A stretch of DNA of 64,000 nt from Bdellovibrionales bacterium (GCA_050248995.1 JBFWRI010000002.1:17355-81354); one strand, 5' to 3'. Positions 40,694 through 51,689 are shown, counted from the stretch's first letter. Notes: a model not told the origin generated them from the sequence alone. Made by a program: numbers and translations.

Positions 40694-41352
40694 CCGTTTT
40701 TGACATCCTCATCACCTACCACGAAGGCTTCCTGCAGGGCTTGTTTGTCACCCTGCAGCTGTGCGCGATTATCTGGTCGGTCGGCATTTTTGGCGGCACC
40801 GCGCTGGGCGTCGCGGCAGCTAACGACGAAGCGCTGGGTAAATTTGTCCAGTATGGTTCATTCACGTTGGCGGCCATCCCAACGCTTGTTTTCCTGTTCT
40901 GGCTACACTACCCGGCGCAAGCCGTGTTTGAGGTTGTGATCGATCCCTTCTACACGGCGGCCTTCACACTTTCGATTGTCAACCTGTTCGGTATGTCAGA
41001 AACCGTGCGTCAGGCCGTCAGGGATTTTCCGGAACAGTATCTGACAGCCGGGCGCGTGTGCGGCCTTGATAGCCGCACGATGGTCATGAAAATCCAGCTG
41101 CCCCTGCTGTTCCGCCAACTGTTGCCCAGTTACCTGACGGCGCAGGTGATGATGCTGCACGCAACACTGTTCGCCTCACTGATCTCGGTTGAAGAGATTT
41201 TCCGCGTGGCGCAGCGCATCAACGCCACCATTTACAAGCCGGTTGAAATCTATACGGCGCTGGGCGTCTTCTTCCTGCTGGTCTGCCTGCCTATCAACGG
41301 CCTGGCTGCCTTCCTGAAACACAAATACACCCGCAACATGAGCGAGAGATAA
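40690..41352 (+). CDS. Amino-acid ABC transporter permease (His/Glu/Gln/Arg/opine family)
   Basis: 220 aa and polytopic. An EAA-like loop lies near ETVRQAVRDFPEQYLTAGRVCGL. The gene overlaps the upstream SBP gene (ATGA) and abuts the ATPase gene. Confidence 0.8.
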   Translation: MTVFDILITYHEGFLQGLFVTLQLCAIIWSVGIFGGTALGVAAANDEALGKFVQYGSFTLAAIPTLVFLFWLHYPAQAVFEVVIDPFYTAAFTLSIVNLFGMSETVRQAVRDFPEQYLTAGRVCGLDSRTMVMKIQLPLLFRQLLPSYLTAQVMMLHATLFASLISVEEIFRVAQRINATIYKPVEIYTALGVFFLLVCLPINGLAAFLKHKYTRNMSER

Positions 41353-42086
41353 TGCTGAAGGCCGAAAAGATATCCTTCGCCTATCCCGACGGCACCCAGA
41401 TCTTCCATGATGTCGATATCACAGTCGGGCGCGGCGAGATTACGGCTTTACTGGGCCCCAGCGGCACCGGCAAGACCACATTACTGAAGTGCATGGCGCT
41501 GCTGGAGTGGCCGCAGCTTGGACGCATTACTATTGATAGCAAGATACGCGATTTTCCGCGCGACCCCAAGTTATCGCTGCGCGAGCCGCCATGGCCCGAA
41601 CTGACGGTTGTCTTCCAGCAGTTGTTCCTGTGGCCGCACATGACGCTACGCGAGAACATCATGCTGCCCTGCCTGAAACGCGACCCAGCCCAGACGGCAA
41701 AACGTCTTCGCGAGCTGATTGATATGTTCGACATGGGTCATTTCATCGACCGCTACCCGAATGAAACCTCACGCGGACAGCAGCAGCGCGCGGCACTGGC
41801 GCGGGCCCTGATGCTGGAGCCCAAATACATCCTATGCGACGAGATCACCTCGGCGCTGGATGTCGAGCAGATCAGCAAGGTGCTGGACTGCCTGAAGATC
41901 GTGAAAGAGCAGAACGTCGGCATCCTGCTGATCACCCACCAGCTGGGCTTTGCCCGCCGCTCGTGTGACCATGTGGTATTCATGGACGGCGGCACGGTTG
42001 TCGAAGCCGGCGGCCGTGAACGCCTGATCCAGCCACTGACCGACCGTTTCGCGCAATTTCTGAAAATGGTTGAAGCCGCGCACTAG
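41352..42086 (+). CDS. ABC transporter ATP-binding protein
   Basis: Walker A is GPSGTGKTT. The signature is SRGQQQRAALARAL, Walker B is ILCDE and the H-loop is ITHQL. Confidence 0.85.
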   Translation: MLKAEKISFAYPDGTQIFHDVDITVGRGEITALLGPSGTGKTTLLKCMALLEWPQLGRITIDSKIRDFPRDPKLSLREPPWPELTVVFQQLFLWPHMTLRENIMLPCLKRDPAQTAKRLRELIDMFDMGHFIDRYPNETSRGQQQRAALARALMLEPKYILCDEITSALDVEQISKVLDCLKIVKEQNVGILLITHQLGFARRSCDHVVFMDGGTVVEAGGRERLIQPLTDRFAQFLKMVEAAH

Positions 42087-42097
42087 GCAGCAAGAAG

Positions 42098-42931
42098 TTA
42101 TCTGGGCGCCGTTGCCATAATATCCGGCGCATACTTCGCCGCCAGAACATCACCCTCGCCTATTGTTTTCAGGGCATCGATAACGGCATTCAGCGTATTC
42201 GCCAGCTCGTCTTCGCCAAGCTTTACCGCGATGACATTCGCAAAAACCCGCACCGGCTGGCCGCCCGCCATCACCAGTTTGCGATCTGCCGTTTCGTTAT
42301 AGCGGTTGGCATTCGTCAGGTTATCGAAAGCGATGTCAGCCTTGTTCGTAGCAAGACTAAGGATGCTTTGCGAGGAGTCCGTATTCTGCGGCAGCGCCAC
42401 CTCTTCTGCATTCGGGAAACGCAGGCGACGCACATTCTGTTCGATGCTGCCATCGGTTACAGTAATGCGCACGCCGGGTTTATTTACTTCTTCCAAGGTT
42501 GCAAAGCGCTGGTCATCGGCGCGTTTTAGCGCATACAAGGCATTGTAATAAAGCGGATGCGTCATCAGTGCGATACGGGCGCGGTTACCGCCCTGCCATA
42601 CAGGCACGCACATGGCGTCGTAGCGCCCGGCATTCAGGCCTTCATGGAAGTTGCCCCAACCTACTTCCTCAACCCATTCCAGCTTAATTTCGAGCTCACG
42701 GGCGATAGCGCTCATGAAATCGTAGGCTACACCTGAATACTGACCTGTATTGACGTCTTTCAGCAAATAAGGCGGCCACACGATATAGCCGCAGCGCAAG
42801 GTGTTCGTACGCAGAACACGCTGCAACGCTGTTTCTTTTTCTGTGACTACTGCGCCGGGCGTCAGCGATACAACGCCCCAGCTGACAACAGCAGCTAAAA
42901 GGACTGTCAGCAGGATATGGAAAAACTTCAT
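42098..42931 (-). CDS. Amino-acid ABC transporter substrate-binding protein, paralogue 3
   Basis: Start at internal Met 42931, giving MKFFHILLTVLLAAVVSWGVV. It has the same family pattern (LRCGY, MCVPVW). Confidence 0.7.
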   Translation of the reverse strand: MKFFHILLTVLLAAVVSWGVVSLTPGAVVTEKETALQRVLRTNTLRCGYIVWPPYLLKDVNTGQYSGVAYDFMSAIARELEIKLEWVEEVGWGNFHEGLNAGRYDAMCVPVWQGGNRARIALMTHPLYYNALYALKRADDQRFATLEEVNKPGVRITVTDGSIEQNVRRLRFPNAEEVALPQNTDSSQSILSLATNKADIAFDNLTNANRYNETADRKLVMAGGQPVRVFANVIAVKLGEDELANTLNAVIDALKTIGEGDVLAAKYAPDIMATAPR

Positions 42932-42932
42932 G

Positions 42933-43793
42933 TCAGTTCTTCTTATAAGTTTCACCAACGCGCCAGATAACGCCCGGCGTGGTTTCGTACTTCTTGAATA
43001 TCGCTTCAACGGCACCTGACTGCAATAATTCATCGGTCGCCACATCGATCATGCTGCGCAGCTTTTCATCCTGTGGCAGGGTGAAATTCAGCGCAATCAG
43101 ATGCAGGGGTTCCTTGTATTGTACCATGCGGACCTTGCCCGGATTTTCCCGCATAAATCCTTCAGCTGTCAGCGCATCAACCAGCGTGGCATCGGCCTTG
43201 TTGGTAACGACATTCATAATCATATCCAGCGAATTGCTGTTCTGTGTCAGCATCACCTGATTGGCATCCGGCAGACGGTTTCGCGCCACCATAAAGCCGG
43301 TTTCACCATCCATGGTTGCTAATGTCACATCCGGGCTATTAAGTTTTTCTGGGCCACTGTCAAAGCGCATGTCGCCTTCGCGCACAACCGCCACCAGCGG
43401 GATAAACCCGAAGGGCTTGCTATAGAACGTCAGCTTGCCGCGTACACCATTCGGCCAGCCTTGGCCACATTCTGCATCATAGCGACCCGACTGGATATCC
43501 GTCAGGTACGTACTGAAAGCCAGCTCGCCGGCCCAGTTGATCTTCAGACCGGTAACACGGCCGATCTCCTGCGTGACTTCATAGGAAATGCCGCTGAACG
43601 CGCCGGTATTCGGATCTTTCACATGCAGTGGCGGCCAGATGAAGTAGCCACAGTTCAGCGTACCTGTGCGCACAACACGATCATACACGGTTTCCTTGCC
43701 GGCATCGCTTGCGGCTGGCCTGTTGAATTCGGAAACGCCCCAGCTAACAGCTGCGGCCAGAATAAGTGTCAGTAGGACCTGCCAGAACTTCAT
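42933..43793 (-). CDS. Amino-acid ABC transporter substrate-binding protein, paralogue 4
   Basis: Start at 43793, giving MKFWQVLLTLILAAAVSWGV, with a GGAGAGG SD 4 nt upstream. Same family. Confidence 0.72.
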   Translation of the reverse strand: MKFWQVLLTLILAAAVSWGVSEFNRPAASDAGKETVYDRVVRTGTLNCGYFIWPPLHVKDPNTGAFSGISYEVTQEIGRVTGLKINWAGELAFSTYLTDIQSGRYDAECGQGWPNGVRGKLTFYSKPFGFIPLVAVVREGDMRFDSGPEKLNSPDVTLATMDGETGFMVARNRLPDANQVMLTQNSNSLDMIMNVVTNKADATLVDALTAEGFMRENPGKVRMVQYKEPLHLIALNFTLPQDEKLRSMIDVATDELLQSGAVEAIFKKYETTPGVIWRVGETYKKN

Positions 43794-43845
43794 GAACCTC
43801 TCCATCTTGCCGGAAACCTGCAAAGACTAACCCAGAACCAACCAA

Positions 43846-43876
43846 AGAAAAACCCGCCTTGCGGGCGGGTTTTCCA
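43846..43876 (-). terminator. Terminator downstream of rplO, where the spc-type operon ends
   Basis: AAAAACCCGCCTTGCGGGCGGGTTTT hairpin with flanking A/T runs. A second small hairpin, GGACGGGGGTCC, lies at 43884-43895. Confidence 0.55.
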
Positions 43877-43897
43877 AAAGAAAGGACGGGGGTCCTT

Positions 43898-44440
43898 TTA
43901 TTTTTTGCCTTTGGCCTCAGCGGCAGCCTTGCGGGCGGCGGCCTTCTGGCCCTTAACCTTGCCGTTCTTGATTGGGGCCACAGTACGGGTGAAGATCGTC
44001 ACCTTGCCGCCAGCCTTTTCGATCGCCTTTACTGCGCCCTTGGTGGCACCTTCGATCGTCAGGTTGAACTTGCCTTTAACATCACCTTTGGCGATCAGGC
44101 GCACGCCATCACGCGCCTTGCTGGTGACGCCGGCTTGCATCAGTTGCTTGCTGGTGAAATCAGCGCCCGTCAGCACGCCCGAATCCAGAGCGGCCTGTAG
44201 GCGGTTCAGCGTCAGTTCGGCGTAATCGTTCGCAAAGATGTTCTTGAAGCCGCGCTTCGGCAGACGGCGGTGCAGCGGCATCTGGCCGCCTTCAAAGCCC
44301 TTGATCGACACGCCTGAACGGGCCTTCTGACCCTTCACGCCGCGGCCCGAGGTTTTACCCTTGCCGCTGCCGATACCACGGCCAACCGTCATCTTGTTCT
44401 TGCGGGCGCCTTCGTTATCGCGCAGTTGATTCAGTTTCAT
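43898..44440 (-). CDS. rplO: 50S ribosomal protein L15
   Basis: [16 protein letters not shown]...[15 protein letters not shown]. It carries a C-terminal K/A-rich extension and is 180 aa. Confidence 0.9.
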   Translation of the reverse strand: MKLNQLRDNEGARKNKMTVGRGIGSGKGKTSGRGVKGQKARSGVSIKGFEGGQMPLHRRLPKRGFKNIFANDYAELTLNRLQAALDSGVLTGADFTSKQLMQAGVTSKARDGVRLIAKGDVKGKFNLTIEGATKGAVKAIEKAGGKVTIFTRTVAPIKNGKVKGQKAAARKAAAEAKGKK

Positions 44441-44444
44441 CGTC

Positions 44445-44651
44445 TTACTCCTCGACCTTTACCAGGTGACGCACCTTGAACAGCATGCCACGCAGGGCCG
44501 GCGCATCAGCGCGCTCGACCGTGTGGTGCAGGCGACGCAGACCCAGGCCCGTCAGGGTTTCCTTCATGCCGGGCTTGGTGCCGGCCGCGCTGCGGATCTG
44601 CGTGATCTTCAGCGTTTTGCCTGATGTTTTCTTTGCTGCGGTTGCCATCAC
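44445..44651 (-). CDS. rpmD: 50S ribosomal protein L30
   Basis: 68 aa. LKITQIRS..G......TLTGLGLRR is the L30 pattern. Confidence 0.85.
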   Translation of the reverse strand: MMATAAKKTSGKTLKITQIRSAAGTKPGMKETLTGLGLRRLHHTVERADAPALRGMLFKVRHLVKVEE

Positions 44652-44677
44652 TTAACTCCTTGTACCGGTCACTTCGC

Positions 44678-45364
44678 TCATTCGCCGACTGCGGTTGCGC
44701 CGTCGGTTGCGTATTCAGCGGTGTGCTTGCCCAGAATGTCCGAAACCTTCTTACCACGGCGTGCTGCGACGCTACGCGGTGATTCCGAATTCTTCAGGGC
44801 GGCAAACGTCGCCTTGATCATGTTGTGCGGGTTCGATGTGCCGACCGACTTGCCAACGACATCCTGCACGCCCAACGCTTCAAACACAGCGCGCATCGGG
44901 CCGCCGGCGATGATGCCGGTACCTGAAGGGGCCGAGCGAAGTACAACCTTGCCGGCGCCAAATTCACCGCGCACATCGTGGTGAATGGTGCGGCCTTCAC
45001 GCAGCGGGATGCGCTGCATGTTGCGGCGCGCCGCAGCCGTTGCCTTTGAAATCGCTTCCGGCACTTCGCGGGCCTTACCGGCACCGTGGCCGGCCTTACC
45101 CTTGCCATCGCCAACAACCACCAGCGCGGCAAAACCAAAACGCTTACCGCCCTTCACAACCTTGGCGACGCGGTTGATGCAAACCAGCTTTTCAACAAAG
45201 CCTTCGCCATCTTCACCGTCGCGCAGCTTTTCACGGCGCGGGCCACGTTCGCCACGGCCGCCTTCACGGTTGCCGCCGCGATCGCCACCACGGCCACGCT
45301 TGCCGCGCTGTTCGGGCGCCGCAGCTTCCGTTGTTGTTTCGGGTGTCTGTGTTTCGTCTGTCAT
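44678..45364 (-). CDS. rpsE: 30S ribosomal protein S5, with a low-complexity N-terminal extension
   Basis: The S5 core is [27 protein letters not shown]...GTGIIAGG. A roughly 55-aa Glu/Arg/Gly-rich region precedes it. Confidence 0.9.
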   Translation of the reverse strand: MTDETQTPETTTEAAAPEQRGKRGRGGDRGGNREGGRGERGPRREKLRDGEDGEGFVEKLVCINRVAKVVKGGKRFGFAALVVVGDGKGKAGHGAGKAREVPEAISKATAAARRNMQRIPLREGRTIHHDVRGEFGAGKVVLRSAPSGTGIIAGGPMRAVFEALGVQDVVGKSVGTSNPHNMIKATFAALKNSESPRSVAARRGKKVSDILGKHTAEYATDGATAVGE

Positions 45365-45366
45365 GA

Positions 45367-45744
45367 TTAGAACTCCATTCCGCCTTCACGCGCCGCATCG
45401 GCTAGTGCCTTGATGCGACCGTGATAAATGTAACCGCTGCGATCGAATACAACCTTGCTGACACCGGTTTTCTTGGCACGCGCAGCCAGGGCGGCGCCCA
45501 CCTGCTTGGCCGCATCAACCGTTGCACCGGTTTTAATCTTGGCCTTCAGCTCCTTGTCGTTGCTGGCAGCAGCCACAAGCGTCTTACCCGAAGCATCGTC
45601 AATAATCTGCGCATAGATATGCTGCGACGAACGAAACACGCTGAGACGCGGACGTGTGTTGTCCGGATTGCGCTGCGCAATACGCTTCAGATTGGCGCGC
45701 TGGCGGCCGCGACGGCGTGCGTGAAGTTGCTTGTTGCTCAACAT
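45367..45744 (-). CDS. rplR: 50S ribosomal protein L18
   Basis: [20 protein letters not shown] matches L18. Confidence 0.9.
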   Translation of the reverse strand: MLSNKQLHARRRGRQRANLKRIAQRNPDNTRPRLSVFRSSQHIYAQIIDDASGKTLVAAASNDKELKAKIKTGATVDAAKQVGAALAARAKKTGVSKVVFDRSGYIYHGRIKALADAAREGGMEF

Positions 45745-45754
45745 CGTCTACCCC

Positions 45755-46291
45755 TTACTTCTTCTTGCCGACTTTGCGCAGGATGCGCTCGCCCTGATAC
45801 TTGATGCCCTTGCCCTTATAGGGTTCCGGCTTCTTCATACCGCGGATTTCTGCAGCCACCTGCCCAACAACCTGGCGATCATTACCGGTGATGTGCAGCA
45901 GTGTCGGCTTTTCAGCTTTCACCGTGATGCCCTGCGGAACCGGATAACGGATCTCGTGGCTGAAACCGAGGTTCAACACAACCGTTGTACCCTGAACAGC
46001 AGCCTTGAAACCAACGCCTTCGATTTCCAGCGTCTTCGAAAAGCCTTCGGTCACACCCTTGACCATGTTGTTCAGGTTGGCGCGATCCGTACCCCACTGT
46101 GAGCGGTCTTTCTTGCTCTTTGACAGCGGTGACAGCACAAGGCCGGCCTGCGGATCCAGCTTCACTTCGACATTCGGACGCACCGTATATGTCAGGGATC
46201 CGTTCTTGCCCTTGATGGTAACAGTCTGGCCCTTGATTTCGGCAGTAGCGCCGTTCTTGAGGGCGACGGGATATTTACCTACGCGTGACAT
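45755..46291 (-). CDS. rplF: 50S ribosomal protein L6
   Basis: MSRVGKYPV matches L6, with two repeated L6 domains. Confidence 0.9.
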   Translation of the reverse strand: MSRVGKYPVALKNGATAEIKGQTVTIKGKNGSLTYTVRPNVEVKLDPQAGLVLSPLSKSKKDRSQWGTDRANLNNMVKGVTEGFSKTLEIEGVGFKAAVQGTTVVLNLGFSHEIRYPVPQGITVKAEKPTLLHITGNDRQVVGQVAAEIRGMKKPEPYKGKGIKYQGERILRKVGKKK

Positions 46292-46305
46292 ATCTCATTT
46301 CCCCC

Positions 46306-46704
46306 TTAGTAGACCCGGCACAATACTTCGCCACCGACATTTTCAGCGCGCGCTTCGGCTTCCGATAGCACGCCCTTCGGGGTCGACAGGATTGAAGTGC
46401 CCAGCCCGTTCATATAGCGCGGCAGATCGTTGATCGCGCTGTAGATACGGCGGCTTGGTTTGGAAACACATTCCAGAACCTCGATAGCAGGCTTGCCTTC
46501 AAAGTACTTGAGTTCGACATCCAGCAGCGCATGGCCATCTTTTTCGACGCGCACATAACCGCGGATATAGCCTTCACGCTGCAGCACATCCAAAACGTTC
46601 TGCTTCAGCCTGCTGGCGGGCACGCCCTCGGCCTTTTCAAGGCGCGCACTGTGCGCATTCTTGATGCGGGCCAGCATATCACCGAGAGGATAGTTCATTG
46701 ACAT
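46306..46704 (-). CDS. rpsH: 30S ribosomal protein S8
   Basis: DMLARIKNAHSAR...VLQREGYI matches S8. Confidence 0.9.
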   Translation of the reverse strand: MSMNYPLGDMLARIKNAHSARLEKAEGVPASRLKQNVLDVLQREGYIRGYVRVEKDGHALLDVELKYFEGKPAIEVLECVSKPSRRIYSAINDLPRYMNGLGTSILSTPKGVLSEAEARAENVGGEVLCRVY

Positions 46705-46714
46705 TGTTACCCCC

Positions 46715-47020
46715 TTACCAGCTTGACTTCGTCAGGCCCGGGATCTGCCCGAAGCCTGCAAGGTTACGCAGAATAACGCGCGCCAAACGGAAGTGACGGT
46801 AAGTCGCACGTGAGCGGCCGGTCAGTTCGCAGCGGTTGCGCTGGCGGTTCTTGGCGCTGTTGCGTGGCAGTTTAGCCAGCTTCAGCACGGCGTCAAAACG
46901 CTCTTCCATTGGGGTTTTCTTATTCATAATGATCGCCTTCAGCGCCTTGCGCTTAGCTTCGGCGCTTTTCGCCATCTTGGCGCGGCGCTTGTTTTTCTGA
47001 ACGTCACCTGTACGTGCCAT
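46715..47020 (-). CDS. rpsN: 30S ribosomal protein S14
   Basis: 101 aa. The C-terminus is RCELTGRSRATYRHFRLARV. Confidence 0.9.
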   Translation of the reverse strand: MARTGDVQKNKRRAKMAKSAEAKRKALKAIIMNKKTPMEERFDAVLKLAKLPRNSAKNRQRNRCELTGRSRATYRHFRLARVILRNLAGFGQIPGLTKSSW

Positions 47021-47032
47021 ACTGGGCTCTCC

Positions 47033-47611
47033 TTACTTCTGGAACGGCATCTGGAAGCCGGCGAGAAGCGCTTTTGCTTCATCGTCCGAATTCGCCGTTG
47101 TGCAAATCACGATATCCATGCCGCGAATGGCATCTGTCTTGTCGTAATCAATCTCCGGGAACACGATCTGTTCCTTAAGACCGAATGCATAGTTGCCTTC
47201 GCCATCGAATGACTTGTGCGACACGCCGCGGAAATCGCGCACGCGCGGCAGGGCCACGGTGATCAGGCGATCCAGGAATTCCCACATACGGTCACGGCGC
47301 AGGGTGACCTTGCAGCCGATCGGCAGGTTTTCGCGGATCTTGAACTGTGCAATCGCCTTCTTCGACTTGGTGACAACTGGCTTCTGGCCAGTGATCAGCG
47401 CCATATCGTTGACAGCATTCTGAATCTTCTTCTGGTCGCCCACAGCTTCGCCGACGCCCATGTTCAGGACGATCTTCGTCAGGCGCGGCACTTCCATGGC
47501 GTTCGCATAGCCGAACTTTTCCATCAGTTGCTTGCGCACAACATCGTTGTACTGCTGTTGCAGGCGCGGCAATTCTTTCTTGGCCGCATTCGTTTTTGTC
47601 ATATCTTTCAC
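47033..47611 (-). CDS. rplE: 50S ribosomal protein L5
   Basis: LQQQYNDVV...[20 protein letters not shown] matches L5. Confidence 0.9.
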   Translation of the reverse strand: MKDMTKTNAAKKELPRLQQQYNDVVRKQLMEKFGYANAMEVPRLTKIVLNMGVGEAVGDQKKIQNAVNDMALITGQKPVVTKSKKAIAQFKIRENLPIGCKVTLRRDRMWEFLDRLITVALPRVRDFRGVSHKSFDGEGNYAFGLKEQIVFPEIDYDKTDAIRGMDIVICTTANSDDEAKALLAGFQMPFQK

Positions 47612-47661
47612 TCCCGACGGTCTTTTTCCTTAAATCAGGAAGTTTACCGCCTTAAAAAGCT

Positions 47662-47985
47662 TTAGTTGTCTACCACTTCACCCGAGCGCTTTGCAACACG
47701 AACTTTGCGCCCATCCTTCAAAGCCTTAACGCCCACACGCGTTGCCTTACCGCCCTTCGGGTCGGCCAGGGCCACGTTCGAGATGTGGATCGACGCTTCC
47801 TTGCGCACGATGCCACCCTGAGGATTCTGCTGGGTCGGGCGCTGGTGCTTGGAAATCATGTTAATGCCGGAAACCAGAACGCGGTTTTCCTTCGGCATCA
47901 CAGACAGCACTTCGCCGGTCTTACCCTTGTCCTTACCGGTCAGGACCACAACGCGGTCCTTCTTTTTAATCTTCGCCATACCCAT
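47662..47985 (-). CDS. rplX: 50S ribosomal protein L24
   Basis: [23 protein letters not shown] (KOW motif). Confidence 0.9.
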   Translation of the reverse strand: MGMAKIKKKDRVVVLTGKDKGKTGEVLSVMPKENRVLVSGINMISKHQRPTQQNPQGGIVRKEASIHISNVALADPKGGKATRVGVKALKDGRKVRVAKRSGEVVDN

Positions 47986-48353
47986 TACAGCACCTCTGAA
48001 GCCAGTGAGATAATCTTCATGAAGCCGTCGCCGCGCAGTTCGCGGGTCACCGGCCCGAAGATACGGGTACCGATGGGCTCCTTGTCCTTGTTGATCAGCA
48101 CGCAGGCATTGCCGTCAAAACGGATTGTCGTGCCGTCAGCGCGGCGAATGTCTTTCTTCGTGCGCACGATAACAGCCTTCAGAACCTGGCCCTTCTTCAC
48201 GCGGCCGCGCGGAATGGCGTCCTTCACCGACACGACGATGACATCGCCGATGCCGGCGAACTTGCGCTTGGAACCGCCCAGCACCTTCACGCACATCACT
48301 TCGCGCGCGCCGCTATTGTCGGCCACTTCTAAACGTGATTGCATCTGGATCAT
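47985..48353 (-). CDS. rplN: 50S ribosomal protein L14
   Basis: [17 protein letters not shown] matches L14. Confidence 0.92.
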   Translation of the reverse strand: MIQMQSRLEVADNSGAREVMCVKVLGGSKRKFAGIGDVIVVSVKDAIPRGRVKKGQVLKAVIVRTKKDIRRADGTTIRFDGNACVLINKDKEPIGTRIFGPVTRELRGDGFMKIISLASEVL

Positions 48354-48379
48354 AACAACTCTCCTAAACCTTCAAATTC

Positions 48380-48649
48380 CTATGCAGCCTTCTTGCTGGT
48401 CTTCTTTTTGGCTACCGCCTCATCGGCCACCAGAACCCAGCACTTGCGCTTGCTGATCGGGCGGCATTCCTGAATGCTGACCTTATCACCAACCTTGGCG
48501 CTATTCGTCTCGTCATGAGCCAGGTACTTCTTCGACTGGCGCACATACTTTTTATACAGCGGGTGCATAACACGACGTTCGACCTTAACCGTGATGGTCT
48601 TGTCGGTTTTATCGCTGGTGACAACACCTTGCAGAATACGACGTGGCAT
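48380..48649 (-). CDS. rpsQ: 30S ribosomal protein S17
   Basis: [21 protein letters not shown] matches S17. Confidence 0.9.
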   Translation of the reverse strand: MPRRILQGVVTSDKTDKTITVKVERRVMHPLYKKYVRQSKKYLAHDETNSAKVGDKVSIQECRPISKRKCWVLVADEAVAKKKTSKKAA

Positions 48650-48885
48650 TATTTAGCTCCCTTGGTGGCGGCCTTCTTCGGGGCCGCCGGCTTTGCGTTC
48701 AGTTGCGTTTGAATACGGGCAATTTCCTTGCGCACAGCGTTGACGCGGGCGGTGTTCGCCAGCTGGCCGGTGGCACGCTGGAAGCGCATGTTGAACTGTT
48801 CTTTGCGCAGATTGACAAGCATCGACTGCAGCTCGGTCGGTGACTTGCCCTTCAGTTCAGTCGCGGTGTTCTTTGCTTTTGCCAT
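48649..48885 (-). CDS. rpmC: 50S ribosomal protein L29
   Basis: [26 protein letters not shown] matches L29. It has a K/A-rich C-terminal tail. Confidence 0.88.
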   Translation of the reverse strand: MAKAKNTATELKGKSPTELQSMLVNLRKEQFNMRFQRATGQLANTARVNAVRKEIARIQTQLNAKPAAPKKAATKGAK

Positions 48886-48896
48886 CTCAATTCTCC

Positions 48897-49307
48897 TTAT
48901 GCGACCCGCTTGATGAACTTGGTCTTGATCGGCAGCTTCGCCGCAGCCAGTTCAAATGCTTCGCGGGCGATCGCTTCCGAGATACCATCCAGTTCGAACA
49001 TAATGCGGCCCGGCTTGACGCGCGCCACCCAGAACTCGGGCGAGCCCTTGCCTGAACCCATGCGTACTTCGGCCGGCTTGCTTGAAACCGGCACATCCGG
49101 GAAAATACGGATCCACAGACGGCCCTGACGCTTCATGGCGCGGCTGATCGCGCGGCGGGCCGCTTCGATCTGGCGCGCGGTCACGCGTTCCGGCTCCATG
49201 GCCTTCAGGCCGAAAGCGCCGAAGTCGAGCTTTGTCGCGCCCTTGGCAACACCGTGAATGCGGCCCTTGTGCGCTTTGCGGAATTTGGTTTTCTTTGGCG
49301 ATAACAT
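48897..49307 (-). CDS. rplP: 50S ribosomal protein L16
   Basis: [16 protein letters not shown] matches L16. Confidence 0.92.
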   Translation of the reverse strand: MLSPKKTKFRKAHKGRIHGVAKGATKLDFGAFGLKAMEPERVTARQIEAARRAISRAMKRQGRLWIRIFPDVPVSSKPAEVRMGSGKGSPEFWVARVKPGRIMFELDGISEAIAREAFELAAAKLPIKTKFIKRVA

Positions 49308-49327
49308 CGTTTCTCTCCACTAATTCC

Positions 49328-50032
49328 TTATGCCCGCTCGTCGCTGCGACGGTCAGCGGCGCGATCCGGGCCGGCCTGACGCTTGTCTTGCGCGTACGGG
49401 TCACGTTCCATGATTTCGCCTTTGAAGATCCAGACCTTGACGCCGCAGGTACCGTAAGTCGTCTTCGCTGTGCCATGGCCGTGATCGATATCGGCGCGCA
49501 GCGTGTGCAATGGCACGCGGCCTTCGCGGTACCATTCCATACGGGCGATCTCAGCGCCACCCAGACGGCCGCTGCAGTTGATACGGATACCACCTGCGCC
49601 CAGACGCATAGCCGACTGCACCGCACGCTTCATGGCACGGCGGAATGCAACACGACGCTCCAGCTGGCCGGCAATACCTTCAGCAACCAGCTTGGCATCC
49701 AGTTCGGGCTTGCGAATTTCAACGATGTTCAGGCTGACTTCGCTGGCCGTCATCTTGGCAACATCTGAACGCAGTTTTTCGATGTCAGCACCCTTTTTGC
49801 CGATGACCACACCCGGGCGGGCCGTATAAATGACGACGCGCAGCTTCTTGGCCGGACGCTCGATCACGATGCGGCTGATACCCGCAGCCTGTAAGGCCTT
49901 TGACAGGTATTCACGGATCTTGAAATCCTCATGCAGGTAATTGGCATAATCCTTTTTGCCCGCATACCACCGGCTGTCCCAGGTGCGGTTGATATTCAGG
50001 CGCATGCCAATCGGGTTGGTTTTCTGACCCAT
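49328..50032 (-). CDS. rpsC: 30S ribosomal protein S3
   Basis: [12 protein letters not shown] (KH domain) matches S3. Confidence 0.92.
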   Translation of the reverse strand: MGQKTNPIGMRLNINRTWDSRWYAGKKDYANYLHEDFKIREYLSKALQAAGISRIVIERPAKKLRVVIYTARPGVVIGKKGADIEKLRSDVAKMTASEVSLNIVEIRKPELDAKLVAEGIAGQLERRVAFRRAMKRAVQSAMRLGAGGIRINCSGRLGGAEIARMEWYREGRVPLHTLRADIDHGHGTAKTTYGTCGVKVWIFKGEIMERDPYAQDKRQAGPDRAADRRSDERA

Positions 50033-50035
50033 ACG

Positions 50036-50515
50036 TTACTCCTTCGATGCCTTAGCGGCCGGTTTCCTGGCTGCTGTCTTCTTGGCTGCAGGTTTTGCTG
50101 CTGCATCCGTGGTTGATTTCGTTTTCTTCGCTTTCTTTTCGGTCGGCGTGCGCTCGCTGACCACGATGCGCAGCTTCGAGAATGGCTTCTCGATACGGCT
50201 GCTGCGGCCACGGCCACGGGTGTGCATGCGCTTCATCGTAAAGGCCTTGCCAACACTGGCTTCGGTGACGACCAGTTGGTCGACATCCAGCGCGTGGTTG
50301 TTCTCGGCATTGGCAATGGCCGACTGCAGGCACTTGCGCACATCGTTGGCAATGCGGCGCGGGCAGAAAGCCAGCGTACGCAGGGCAGCGGCAGCTGACT
50401 GGCCGCGGATCATCGCCGCTACCAGATCCAGCTTACGAGTGCCCGAGCGGACGACATTGGCGACTGAGAGAGCCGACTTGTCATCAACTTTACGTTTGGC
50501 TTGTGGTTTGCTCAT
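50036..50515 (-). CDS. rplV: 50S ribosomal protein L22, with a K/A-rich C-terminal extension
   Basis: The L22 core is followed by EKKAKKTKSTTDAAAKPAAKKTAARKPAAKASKE. 159 aa. Confidence 0.88.
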   Translation of the reverse strand: MSKPQAKRKVDDKSALSVANVVRSGTRKLDLVAAMIRGQSAAAALRTLAFCPRRIANDVRKCLQSAIANAENNHALDVDQLVVTEASVGKAFTMKRMHTRGRGRSSRIEKPFSKLRIVVSERTPTEKKAKKTKSTTDAAAKPAAKKTAARKPAAKASKE

Positions 50516-50526
50516 GGCTAGTCCCC

Positions 50527-50817
50527 TTACTTCTTATCCCCGCCCTTTTCGACTTTCTTCGCACCAGCGTGCGCATTGAAAGTACGGGTCGGTGAAAATT
50601 CACCAAACTTGTGGCCAATCATATTTTCCGACACTGCAACCGGCAGGTGCTTCTGACCATTGTAAACACCGAAGGTAAGCCCAACGAACTGCGGCAGAAT
50701 GGTCGAGCGACGTGACCAGATCTTGATGACTTCGTTACGGCCGGATGCGCGGGCCTTCTCTGCCTTCTCCAGCAGGTAACCGTCAACGAACGGGCCTTTC
50801 CAAACTGAACGTGCCAT
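50527..50817 (-). CDS. rpsS: 30S ribosomal protein S19
   Basis: [12 protein letters not shown]...[10 protein letters not shown] matches S19. Confidence 0.92.
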   Translation of the reverse strand: MARSVWKGPFVDGYLLEKAEKARASGRNEVIKIWSRRSTILPQFVGLTFGVYNGQKHLPVAVSENMIGHKFGEFSPTRTFNAHAGAKKVEKGGDKK

Positions 50818-50830
50818 ATCTCTCTCCTAC

Positions 50831-51670
50831 CTACTGCGCGTCTTTGCGCTTTTTCGGACGGCGGATGATCATCCACTCGGTCCGCTTGTTGTGACGGGTC
50901 TTGGCGCCCTTTGAATTCTTGCCCCATGGCGACATCGGGTGCTTGCCCGACTTCGAACGACCCTCACCGCCACCCATCGGGTGATCGATCGGGTTCATCG
51001 CCATACCGCGGGTTTGCGGGCGAATGCCCTTCCAGCGGTTGCGGCCGGCCTTGCCCATGCTTTCGTTCATACGGTCGGGGTTCGACACCGCGCCGATGGT
51101 GGCCAGGCAATCGCCACTAACGATGCGCAGTTCGCCCGAGCTCAGCTTGACCTGAGCATAACCTTGGTCACGGCCGACCAGTTGAACATAGGTGCCAGCC
51201 GAGCGCGCCATCTGGCCGCCCTTGCCGGCCTTCAGTTCGACATTGTGAACAATGGTGCCGACAGGAATATTCTTCAGCGGCATGCAGTTGCCGGGCTTCA
51301 CGTCAACGCGCTCGCCCGAAACGATCACGTCGCCAGCCTTCAGGCGTTGTGGCGCCAGAATATAAGCTTGCTCGCCGTCCTTGTAGGTCAGCAGAGCGAT
51401 AAAGGCGCTGCGGTTCGGATCGTATTCCAGACGCTCGACCGTCGCTTCAACGTCGAACTTGCGGCGCTTGAAATCAATCATGCGGTAACGGCGCTTGGCA
51501 CCGCCGCCACGGTGACGCGACGTGATACGGCCCGTGTTGTTGCGGCCGCCCGACTTCGTCAGGCCCTCGGTCAGCTTCTTGACCGGCTCGCCTTTGTGCA
51601 GCTCTTTACGGTCCGTCAGGATCAGCTGGCGGCGGCCGTTCGAGGTGGGTTTGAATTTTCTAAGTGCCAT
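50831..51670 (-). CDS. rplB: 50S ribosomal protein L2
   Basis: [16 protein letters not shown] and the GGG...SPWG C-terminal region match L2. 279 aa. Confidence 0.95.
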   Translation of the reverse strand: MALRKFKPTSNGRRQLILTDRKELHKGEPVKKLTEGLTKSGGRNNTGRITSRHRGGGAKRRYRMIDFKRRKFDVEATVERLEYDPNRSAFIALLTYKDGEQAYILAPQRLKAGDVIVSGERVDVKPGNCMPLKNIPVGTIVHNVELKAGKGGQMARSAGTYVQLVGRDQGYAQVKLSSGELRIVSGDCLATIGAVSNPDRMNESMGKAGRNRWKGIRPQTRGMAMNPIDHPMGGGEGRSKSGKHPMSPWGKNSKGAKTRHNKRTEWMIIRRPKKRKDAQ

Positions 51671-51689
51671 CGTGTACCTCTAATTCCCC

